In this document: positions 1-8,002 of the stretch, piece after piece
How positions within the stretch are numbered: position 1 is the first letter of the stretch
Layout of the letters: each line of letters begins with the position of its first letter
Assembly (NCBI GenBank): GCA_963977445.1
Contig: CAXBPH010000067.1
Span: 1-28,578 of the forward strand
Source: an uncultured bacterium
GTDB lineage: Bacteria > Hydrogenedentota > Hydrogenedentia > Hydrogenedentales > JAEUWI01
Length of the DNA: 28,578 nt
Reading direction: 5' to 3'
Notes under the pieces: generated by a model
What the model saw: the letters and a program-made list of their open reading frames with translations, nothing else
The model's database searches: none
What the model was told of the DNA's origin: nothing
Program-made: the position numbers and the translations under genes

Positions 1-86
1 CCACCAATGGCAAGTTGGAAGCAGCTAGCACCAACTTCCCCACCACCGCCCAACACGCTTAGTTGAATAGATTTTCCTGAAGTCAT
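1..86 (-). CDS. 5' fragment of an MBL-fold metallo-hydrolase, probably a beta-CASP family nuclease (runs off the window edge)
   Basis: Manual translation from ATG at 86 gives MTSGKSIQLSVLGGGGEVGASCFQLAIG. LGGxxEVGxSC is the characteristic N-terminal motif of beta-CASP (CPSF/TTHA0252-like) MBL proteins. Only 28 codons are visible. Confidence 0.65.
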   Translation of the reverse strand, partial: MTSGKSIQLSVLGGGGEVGASCFQLAIG

Positions 87-94
87 ATGAACGC

Positions 95-124
95 ATTGTA
101 CGTTTACGGAGTCAAACTTGTCAA
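95..124 (-). promoter_or_regulatory. sigma70-type promoter for the MBL-fold gene
   Basis: Minus strand reads TTGACA (124-119), 18 nt spacer, TACAAT (100-95), ending 8 nt before the ATG at 86. Confidence 0.6.
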
Positions 125-339
125 AATATATTGAACATTGATGCCGGAACCCCCTGCATATACTTGAGATAGGCAACCCGAAGCCGCCATCCTACCCCGG
201 GCAGTACAATGGAATCCGGCAGTTCAGACTGCGACAGGCTGTTTTCGCTCCTCCCGGTCTACAACATAATCATTTCAAGAAATCTATGAAATTCCCGTTG
301 GTAGTCACGCAAGCCCCCTTGAGTTGAGCCCACATCACC

Positions 340-369
340 TTGCGCCCCCCGTGGGCACTCGCCTACAAT
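340..369 (+). promoter_or_regulatory. candidate sigma70-type promoter for menF-menDH
   Basis: TTGCGC (340-345), 18 nt spacer, TACAAT (364-369), about 80 nt upstream of the likely menF start. Confidence 0.4.
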
Positions 370-451
370 ATCGTTCTGGCAGAAAAACACCCGTGTACCC
401 AGCTTTTTGTCAGGTTTTCCCGTAGTTCAGAAAGGAATCCCGCACCTCCCC

Positions 452-1864
452 ATGTCTCATTCGCCTGATCTCAACGATGTGTCTGGCCCCCTGGGCGAAG
501 AGCAGATTCAGGCCCTGCTCCATGGGTTGCGCCAGGAATTAGAGGCCGACAGCTACGTCCCCGGCTCAATCGTTCGGGTAGAAATACCTGTGAATGCCAT
601 CAATCCCCTTGCCTGGCTCCATGGGCAGCGCAATCAGACCCATTACTATTGGGCCAATCGCGATGGGGACTTTGAGATGGCGGGCATCGGTGAGGCCGAT
701 GTGCTCGTTCCTGACGGGCAAGCCAGTGGTGCGGGGCTCTTTACCCTCATGCGTCGTCGCCTATCGCTGGTATGGCCCGCTCTCCGATATTACGGCGGGT
801 TCCGCTTCCAGGAAAGCGACCTGAGCAGCCCCCACTGGAACAAATTCAAAGCCTATCGGTTTATCGTGCCTCGCATCGAAATCCTTCGCCGGGGCGATGA
901 GGTCGAAATGGCCTGTAACCTCCGTGGCGGCGACACCGCACGGGTGGAAGAAGCGCTCCAGACGATAGCGTCCGATCTCCGGGCCTTGCAACGGCCCGCC
1001 GATACCCTCGAAACCGAACTCCCCCCCCTCGTGGACCGGGTCGATCTCCCCGACAAAAAAGGCTGGGAGCAGCTGGTTCACCGCGCCCTCGATGCCATTG
1101 CGGGCCATGAACTTGAAAAAGTGGTCCTGGCGCGGGAAACGGAATTTCACTTCGACACCGACACGACCCTGGATCCTATCGGCTTGCTTCGCCGACTGTT
1201 GCGTCACACCAACAACGCCTATGAGTTCTGTTTTCATCCCACAGCCAATCGGGCCTTTCTCGGTGCCTCCCCGGAGCGTTTGTTTCACCGAAACAACGTG
1301 TATCTGCAGAGCGAGGCCCTTGCGGGCACGCGGCCCCGAGGTGCCAATGACGCAGCCGATGAAGCCCTGGGCAATGCCCTCCTGAGCAGCGACAAAGATC
1401 TGCGGGAACACCGTTTCGTAGTCCGGACTTTGCGCGAACATTTTCAGCGCTTCTGTGTCGCTACCAACCACGACCCGGAACCCACCCTGATGCGGCTCCG
1501 TAACTGCCAGCATCTTCACACCTACATGGAAGGCATCTTGAAACAGCACGACGTCGATGCCGCGCTGTTGGAGGCCTTTCACCCCACACCTGCGGTGGGT
1601 GGGGTGCCCCGTGCAAAAGCGTTGGAATGGCTGGCGAAAAACGAGCCCTTTGATCGGGGCGTTTATGCGGCACCCGTGGGCTGGGTCGGTTTTGACGAAG
1701 CAGAGTTTTGCGTCGGCATTCGCTCGGGCCTCATTGAAGGTAACACCCTCGCCCTCTATTCGGGTGCGGGCATCGTGCCCGGCTCGGTGGCATCCGAAGA
1801 ATGGGACGAAATAGAAAATAAGATGAGTAACTTTCTGGAGGCCCTCCACGATGAACCCCACTGA
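452..1864 (+). CDS. menF: isochorismate synthase (menaquinone-specific)
   Basis: Chorismate-binding motifs KVVLAR, FLGASPERL, SEALAGT, KDLREH, HPTPAVGG and YSGAGIV. It overlaps menD by 14 nt. ATG 452 is preferred over the TTG at 407, but the start is uncertain. Confidence 0.9.
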   Translation: MSHSPDLNDVSGPLGEEQIQALLHGLRQELEADSYVPGSIVRVEIPVNAINPLAWLHGQRNQTHYYWANRDGDFEMAGIGEADVLVPDGQASGAGLFTLMRRRLSLVWPALRYYGGFRFQESDLSSPHWNKFKAYRFIVPRIEILRRGDEVEMACNLRGGDTARVEEALQTIASDLRALQRPADTLETELPPLVDRVDLPDKKGWEQLVHRALDAIAGHELEKVVLARETEFHFDTDTTLDPIGLLRRLLRHTNNAYEFCFHPTANRAFLGASPERLFHRNNVYLQSEALAGTRPRGANDAADEALGNALLSSDKDLREHRFVVRTLREHFQRFCVATNHDPEPTLMRLRNCQHLHTYMEGILKQHDVDAALLEAFHPTPAVGGVPRAKALEWLAKNEPFDRGVYAAPVGWVGFDEAEFCVGIRSGLIEGNTLALYSGAGIVPGSVASEEWDEIENKMSNFLEALHDEPH

Positions 1865-4454
1865 TGCGCCCAACCTCAATTATGCGTGGTGTGGACTGAT
1901 CGTAGAAGAACTCATTCGCCAGGGTGTTGCGGGATTCGTCATTTCGCCGGGCTCCCGGAGTGCGCCCCTCACGGTCTCGGTAGCGCGCAATACGCGGGCG
2001 AAATATTGGATCCACTACGACGAACGGGGTGCCGGATTCTTCGCCCTGGGCCTCGCCAAAGCCACAGGCAAACCTGCCGTCCTGATTTGCACCTCGGGCA
2101 GCGCCGTGGCCAACTATTGGCCCGCCGTCGTGGAAGCCGCCATGGACCACGTCCCTCTAATCCTCCTGACCGCAGATCGCCCGCCAGAATTGGTAGACTG
2201 TGGGGCCAACCAGGCCATTGACCAGACACGCATCTACGGTGATTACGCCCGCTGGTACGCCGCCCTGCCGTGCCCCACGGCGGATTGCCCCCCGACCTAT
2301 GTTTTGACCACGACCGACCAGGCCTGGCAGCGCAGTCAATTTCCGCTGGCAGGGCCGGTTCACGTGAATGTCCCCCTTCGTGACCCCCTCGACCCGAAGG
2401 AAGACGAATCGGTCGCGAAAGACATGTTTGGGGACCTCTCCGCCTGGGTAGAAAGCGAATTACCCTTCACCCGCTACGATACGCCCCAGCATCAACTTCC
2501 CGACCGGCTTGGCGCACAACTTCTGCGGGACGTAAAATCGTCAACACAGGGCCTCGTAATCGTAGGGCGTCTGGACAACCCGAATGATGCCGTAGCCATT
2601 CGCACACTCATCGCGTCGCTGCAGTGGAAGGTCTATGCCGATATCACCTCGGGACTTTATGGGCCCGATACGTCAAAATGGCTCCTGACGGATGTGGATG
2701 AATTCATCCTCGATATGGGGATGCACCATCCCGAATGGAGCCCCGATTGTATCCTCCACCTCGGTGGGAGTTATACGTCCAAAGCGCTTCTGACCTTTCT
2801 GAAACGTACGCCCGCCGGCACCTATTTACACATTGCCAATACCGACCAACGTCTCGACCCCAACCATCAGGTTACGCAGCATATTTCCATGGCGGTGGAT
2901 GACTTTTCCACCTGGCTCGCGAATAACCTTGGGGACCGGAAGGCGGTCGAGGCCGACCCAACCACCGCTTCGGATACGGCTATTCCCGAACGGTTAACCG
3001 AGCCCGCCGTGGCGCAGCTGCTGAGCGGCCTCGTCCCCGAAGACAGCCTGCTTTTCGCAGGCAGTTCCATGCCCATTCGCTTGGTCGAGAAATACTTTCG
3101 CCCAATCCACGCCACGATACGGGTTGCCGCCAATCGCGGGGCCAGTGGCATCGATGGCAACATCGCCACGGCACTGGGCATGGCCGCTGGTCGCTCCGGC
3201 GCAACCACCATACTCGTCGGAGACCTCACGGCCCTCCATGACCTGAACTCCCTCGTCCTCCACAAGCATGTCGAAGGGCCCGTCCTACTTATTGTGCTCA
3301 ACAACGACGGCGGCGGCATCTTCCATTATTTGCCCATCGCCCAATCCCAGGAGCCGTGCTTCGACGCCTGCTTTGGCACCCCCCACGGGCTCAATTTCCA
3401 GGGTGCTGCCCAGATGTTCGGGCTGAAGCACACTGCACCGAAAAATCCTGCCGAGTTTGGGACCGCCTATAACGACGCGCTGGCCGACGGTGGTGCAACC
3501 CTCATCGAAGTCCGCACCAATCGTTACGAAGCGCGAAACCACCTGAGTGGCCACCCAAACCGGATGGACGACACCACGTCGGACCGGACAGAACAGTCTC
3601 TGAAATTTATCTCCGAAAACAGCGAAGCATTCTTCCTTCCCGATGCCCTCCGGCCGGAACCCCTCGCCGGGGACCCCGGTAATCCGCCACTCCTGCTCAT
3701 TCATGGCTTCATGGGCAACCGGGACGATTGGCAGGATCTGGCCCAGGAATTTGAAACGACTCACTACGTACTCGGGGTGAACCTGCCCGGACACGGCCCC
3801 GGATGGGATGGGTTTCCCGTGGATTTCTACGACATGAGCGCGTGCGCGGCCGCACTGAATACCCACCTCGACAACATGGGCCTCGGCCCCTGCGCCCTGT
3901 TGGGTTATTCCATGGGAGGCCGCTTCGCTTTTTATCTCGCCACCCTATTTCCCGATCGCTACGTTCGCGTCATCCTGGAATCGGCTTCGCCGGGCCTGGA
4001 AACGGAAGAAAAGCGAGCGGCGCGGCAGGCCCAGGATCTGGCGATAGCCCAGCGTCTCGACACGATGCAGCCGGATAGTCAGGCATACCGGGACTTTCTT
4101 GAAGAATGGTATAACCTGCCCCTCTTTGAGTCTCTTCATAAGCAGCCCAGCGTCCGTCAGGGCCTCATTGACCGACGCGTAGCCGTCAACTACCCCAAAC
4201 ACCTGGCCCAATCCCTGGCCTGCTTCGGTACCGGCTCCCAGCCCAATCTCTGGCCCTTTTTGAAGACCTATCGCACACCTACCCTCCTCCTGGTGGGCGA
4301 AATGGACCGAAAATACCGCGTCATCGCGGAAGACATGTGCGCTGCCTGCCCGGCCATGGCGATTGAGGTCTTCGCCGGTTGTGGGCATATCCCCCACCTG
4401 GAAAGCCCAAAACCCTTTGTCACTTCGGCGCGCAGCTTTCTAATCAACGCCTGA
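1851..4454 (+). CDS. menD-menH: fused SEPHCHC synthase (MenD, about aa 1-565) and SHCHC synthase (MenH, alpha/beta hydrolase, about aa 610-867)
   Basis: MenD motifs SPGSRSAPL, DERGAGFFALG, CTSGSA, TADRP, NRGASGIDG and the ThDP motif GDLTALHD..NNDGGGIF. MenH motifs HGFMG, GYSMGGR, LESASPGL, GEMDRKY and GHIPH. GGAGG RBS at 1837-1841. Confidence 0.92.
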   Translation: MNPTDAPNLNYAWCGLIVEELIRQGVAGFVISPGSRSAPLTVSVARNTRAKYWIHYDERGAGFFALGLAKATGKPAVLICTSGSAVANYWPAVVEAAMDHVPLILLTADRPPELVDCGANQAIDQTRIYGDYARWYAALPCPTADCPPTYVLTTTDQAWQRSQFPLAGPVHVNVPLRDPLDPKEDESVAKDMFGDLSAWVESELPFTRYDTPQHQLPDRLGAQLLRDVKSSTQGLVIVGRLDNPNDAVAIRTLIASLQWKVYADITSGLYGPDTSKWLLTDVDEFILDMGMHHPEWSPDCILHLGGSYTSKALLTFLKRTPAGTYLHIANTDQRLDPNHQVTQHISMAVDDFSTWLANNLGDRKAVEADPTTASDTAIPERLTEPAVAQLLSGLVPEDSLLFAGSSMPIRLVEKYFRPIHATIRVAANRGASGIDGNIATALGMAAGRSGATTILVGDLTALHDLNSLVLHKHVEGPVLLIVLNNDGGGIFHYLPIAQSQEPCFDACFGTPHGLNFQGAAQMFGLKHTAPKNPAEFGTAYNDALADGGATLIEVRTNRYEARNHLSGHPNRMDDTTSDRTEQSLKFISENSEAFFLPDALRPEPLAGDPGNPPLLLIHGFMGNRDDWQDLAQEFETTHYVLGVNLPGHGPGWDGFPVDFYDMSACAAALNTHLDNMGLGPCALLGYSMGGRFAFYLATLFPDRYVRVILESASPGLETEEKRAARQAQDLAIAQRLDTMQPDSQAYRDFLEEWYNLPLFESLHKQPSVRQGLIDRRVAVNYPKHLAQSLACFGTGSQPNLWPFLKTYRTPTLLLVGEMDRKYRVIAEDMCAACPAMAIEVFAGCGHIPHLESPKPFVTSARSFLINA

Positions 4455-4666
4455 AAGTACCCATCACTCGACCCGCCCCCCATCTCCGAAAGATCATTGT
4501 AGCGCGCAATCTGGTGTATACTGAGCCTCGTGGCTCGTCCCTGCTGAAAATTATCAGGTGAACATTGGGTTAGTCTGCATGCCGGTGTTCCCTGGGCTCC
4601 GGTCTGGCGACCACACATGTCGGTCATTTAACTGCGTATTGGCCCCCACGATTCACAAGGCGATAT

Positions 4667-7600
4667 ATGTCTATTCGAGTTGCATTAAATCACCGCACAT
4701 CTTATCACTATGACCGTTCCGTCAATCTGGGCCCTCAGATGGTCCGTCTTCGCCCCGCGCCCCATTGCCGAACCCCTATCTTGAGTTATTCCCTGAATAT
4801 TAAGCCTCAGGACCACTATTTAAACTGGCAGCAGGACCCCCATGGCAATTTTCTGGCCCGGGCCGTTTTCGATAAACCCGCGCGCAGTCTCGAGATAGAA
4901 GTTGACCTTGTTGCGGAAATGACCGTCATAAATCCCTTTGAATTCTTCGTGGAAGACGCTGCCGAAGAGCATCCTTTCACCTACGATGCCTGGTTGGGAC
5001 GGGAAATCCGGGCCTTCCTCGAAACAGAGTCTCCAAAGCCCAACTTTAAGAAATTTCTCGCCGGTCTCGACCGCTCCAAGCTGCGCACCGTCGACCGGTT
5101 GGTCGAGATTAACCGGTGTGTAAACGAGCGGGTGTCTTACGTCATCCGCATGGAACCGGGCGTTCAGACGCCGGAAGAGACCCTGACGCTGGGCACGGGA
5201 TCCTGTCGTGATTCCGCCTGGCTCCTGGTGCATACCCTGCGCCACCTCGGGTTGGCGGCACGCTTCGTTTCGGGCTACTTGATACAACTCGCGCCCGATG
5301 AAAAGTCGCTGGATGGCCCTTCCGGCACGGAAGTGGATTTCACCGACCTCCACGCCTGGGCAGAAGTCTTCATTCCCGGCGCAGGCTGGATCGGGATGGA
5401 CCCCACTTCGGGCCTCATGGCGGGCGAAGGACATATCCCCCTCGCCTGCACGCCCGAACCCAGCTCAGCAGCACCCATTACGGGTGCCGTGGATGAAGCG
5501 GAGACGGTATTCGACTTTACCATGTCGGTCACCCGGATCCATGAGGACCCCCGGGTCACCAAGCCCTACACCGAGGAGGAATGGATCGCCATCGACACCC
5601 TCGGTCATCAGGTGGATGAACGCCTGCAGGCAGCCGATGTACGGCTGACCATGGGCGGTGAACCTACCTTTATCTCCATTGATGACATGGAAGGTGCCGA
5701 GTGGAACATCGCTGCGGTAGGTCCCGACAAGCGCCGCCTTTCTGAAATCTTGATTAAACGCCTTCGGGATCGCTTCGCACCCGGCGGCATGCTCCACTAT
5801 GGTCAAGGCAAATGGTATCCCGGTGAATCCCTCCCCCGGTGGGCCCTGGCCTGCTTCTGGCGCGCCGATGGAATCCCCCTGTGGAACAACCTCGACCTCA
5901 TCGCCGACGTGAACAAGGACTATGGACACACGACGGAACACGCGCAACGTTTTTCGAAGAAGCTCTCCGAAACACTGGGCGTAGAGTCCAAATGGATCGT
6001 TCCCGCGTACGAAGACGTTTTTCACTACATGTGGAAAGAGCAACGACTGCCCATCGACGTGAATCCCATGGATTCCAAGCTGAAGGATGCCGAGGAACGG
6101 GCACGTCTGGCCCGGGTCTTCGAGCGCGGCATCAATGAGCCCGTCGGTTTCGTCCTGCCGCTGAAGCGTCAGTGGTGGCAGGCCCAGGCCAATTGGTGCA
6201 GCGGCCCCTGGCCCGTCCGTGCTGATAAAATGTTTTTGCTGCCCGGCGACTCCTCGGTGGGCCTGCGACTGCCGCTGGATTCCCTCCCGTCTTCTCCGGA
6301 ACCTTCGCCTCTTTCGGGCATCCCGGTAGATCCCGTGGGCATCCGTAACGAGTTACCCACCCCAAATTACGCCAACCAGGCGTATGTCGATGAACGTCCC
6401 GCACCGCAGGGGCTATCGGGCATATCCGAGCAGGCTGCCAAAAAAGGCAAACGCCTGGACGAGGCCGACGACAAAGCGACGGGTGAAATCGTCCGCACGG
6501 CACTCTGCGTTGAGCCAAGAGAGGGACGCATTCACATATTTATGCCGCCCTTGCAGCGCCTGGAAGATTATGTGGACCTCGTGGCTGCCATTGAGCATAC
6601 TGCGGAGAGCCTGAAGATGCCCGTCGTTGTGGAAGGCTATCTGCCTCCCCCCGACCACCGCGTTTACAATCTCAAAGTCACCCCGGATCCCGGCGTTATC
6701 GAGGTAAACACCCACCCCACCAAGACGTGGCGTGATTTGGTGGACCTGACCTCCGGGCTTTATGAAGAAGCCCGGCTGACGCGCCTCGGCACCAATAAAT
6801 TTGACCTCGACGGGCTGCACACCGGCACGGGTGGCGGCAACCACGTGGTGGTGGGTGGGGAAACACCCGCCGACAGCCCCTTCCTCCGCCGACCGGACAT
6901 GCTGAAGAGCCTCGTCGCCTATTGGATTAATCATCCGGCCCTTTCCTATTTGTTCAGCGGACGTTTTATCGGCCCCACAAGCCAGGCACCCCGCGTGGAC
7001 GAAGGGCGACAGGATTCCCTCTATGAACTCGAGCTGGCCTTCGCCCAGGTACCCCCACGGGGCCAGGATTGTCCGCCCTGGTTGGTAGACCGTATCTTTC
7101 GCAATCTCCTTACCGATTTGACGGGCAATACCCACCGGGCCGAATTCTGCATAGACAAGCTCTTTTCCCCCGACAGCAGTACGGGACGCCTGGGTCTGGT
7201 CGAATTTCGCGGCTTTGAAATGCCACCCCACTGGCAGATGAGTTGTACCCAGCAATTGCTGCTGCGGGCCCTCATTTCTCGCTTCTGGGATGAACCGTAC
7301 ACCCGTCCCATTGTAAAGTGGGGCACCGAACTCCATGATCGCTTCCTGCTCCCCTACTATGTCCAACAGGATATGGCCGATGTGCTCGGGGAAATGAACG
7401 ATCTGGGCTTCCAATTTGATTCAAGCTGGTTTGATACCCACTGGGAGTTTCGATTTGCGAAAATCGGTGCCGTATCCCAGCAAAATGTAACGCTTGAACT
7501 GCGTACCGCTATTGAACCCTGGTATGTCCTCGGTGAAGAACCAACGGGCGGAGGGACGGCACGCTATGTGGATTCTTCTGTGGAACGACTCGAAGTAAAA

Positions 7601-8002
7601 GTGACCGGTCTCGTGGATACAAGACACGTCATTACCTGCAATGGGAGGCGTGTGCCCTTGCGCAGCACCGGTGTGGTCGGAGAATATGTGGCGGGTGTCC
7701 GCTATCGGGCCTGGTGTCCCCCCAGCTGTCTGCACCCGACCATTCAGGTCCATGCCCCCCTGGTATTTGATATCGTGGACACGTGGTCGAGCCGTTCTAT
7801 CGGTGGATGCAAGTATCACGTATCCCACCCGGCGGGTATCAATCCCGATTCTTTTCCCATCAATGCTTACGCGGCAGAAGCACGCCGTTTTGCGCGATTC
7901 TTCCCCTTTGGCCATTCTCCTGGTGTCCGTGACACGCCACCCGTCGAAATTAATCCCCTGTTTCCCGCGACCCTTGATCTGCGGAGGAACCCGCCGCGGT
8001 GA
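4667..8002 (+). CDS. transglutaminase-like domain fused to a DUF2126-type putative amidoligase (COOH-NH2 ligase)
   Basis: N-terminal bacterial transglutaminase region (LRPAPH, QQDPHGN) with a Cys-His-Asp triad in GSCRDS / HAWAEV / MDPT. C-terminal motifs MGGEPTF, GKWYPGESLPRW, DPGVIEVN, TGGGNH, HRAEFCIDKL and VEFRGFEMPPH. Confidence 0.88.
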   Translation: MSIRVALNHRTSYHYDRSVNLGPQMVRLRPAPHCRTPILSYSLNIKPQDHYLNWQQDPHGNFLARAVFDKPARSLEIEVDLVAEMTVINPFEFFVEDAAEEHPFTYDAWLGREIRAFLETESPKPNFKKFLAGLDRSKLRTVDRLVEINRCVNERVSYVIRMEPGVQTPEETLTLGTGSCRDSAWLLVHTLRHLGLAARFVSGYLIQLAPDEKSLDGPSGTEVDFTDLHAWAEVFIPGAGWIGMDPTSGLMAGEGHIPLACTPEPSSAAPITGAVDEAETVFDFTMSVTRIHEDPRVTKPYTEEEWIAIDTLGHQVDERLQAADVRLTMGGEPTFISIDDMEGAEWNIAAVGPDKRRLSEILIKRLRDRFAPGGMLHYGQGKWYPGESLPRWALACFWRADGIPLWNNLDLIADVNKDYGHTTEHAQRFSKKLSETLGVESKWIVPAYEDVFHYMWKEQRLPIDVNPMDSKLKDAEERARLARVFERGINEPVGFVLPLKRQWWQAQANWCSGPWPVRADKMFLLPGDSSVGLRLPLDSLPSSPEPSPLSGIPVDPVGIRNELPTPNYANQAYVDERPAPQGLSGISEQAAKKGKRLDEADDKATGEIVRTALCVEPREGRIHIFMPPLQRLEDYVDLVAAIEHTAESLKMPVVVEGYLPPPDHRVYNLKVTPDPGVIEVNTHPTKTWRDLVDLTSGLYEEARLTRLGTNKFDLDGLHTGTGGGNHVVVGGETPADSPFLRRPDMLKSLVAYWINHPALSYLFSGRFIGPTSQAPRVDEGRQDSLYELELAFAQVPPRGQDCPPWLVDRIFRNLLTDLTGNTHRAEFCIDKLFSPDSSTGRLGLVEFRGFEMPPHWQMSCTQQLLLRALISRFWDEPYTRPIVKWGTELHDRFLLPYYVQQDMADVLGEMNDLGFQFDSSWFDTHWEFRFAKIGAVSQQNVTLELRTAIEPWYVLGEEPTGGGTARYVDSSVERLEVKVTGLVDTRHVITCNGRRVPLRSTGVVGEYVAGVRYRAWCPPSCLHPTIQVHAPLVFDIVDTWSSRSIGGCKYHVSHPAGINPDSFPINAYAAEARRFARFFPFGHSPGVRDTPPVEINPLFPATLDLRRNPPR

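Noticed and set aside
4455..4666. sigma54 promoter upstream of the ligase locus, expected if it is nitrogen-regulated
   Set aside because: The TGG...TGC candidates I checked do not have the required GG-N10-GC spacing. Only an isolated TATACT without a good -35 is visible.
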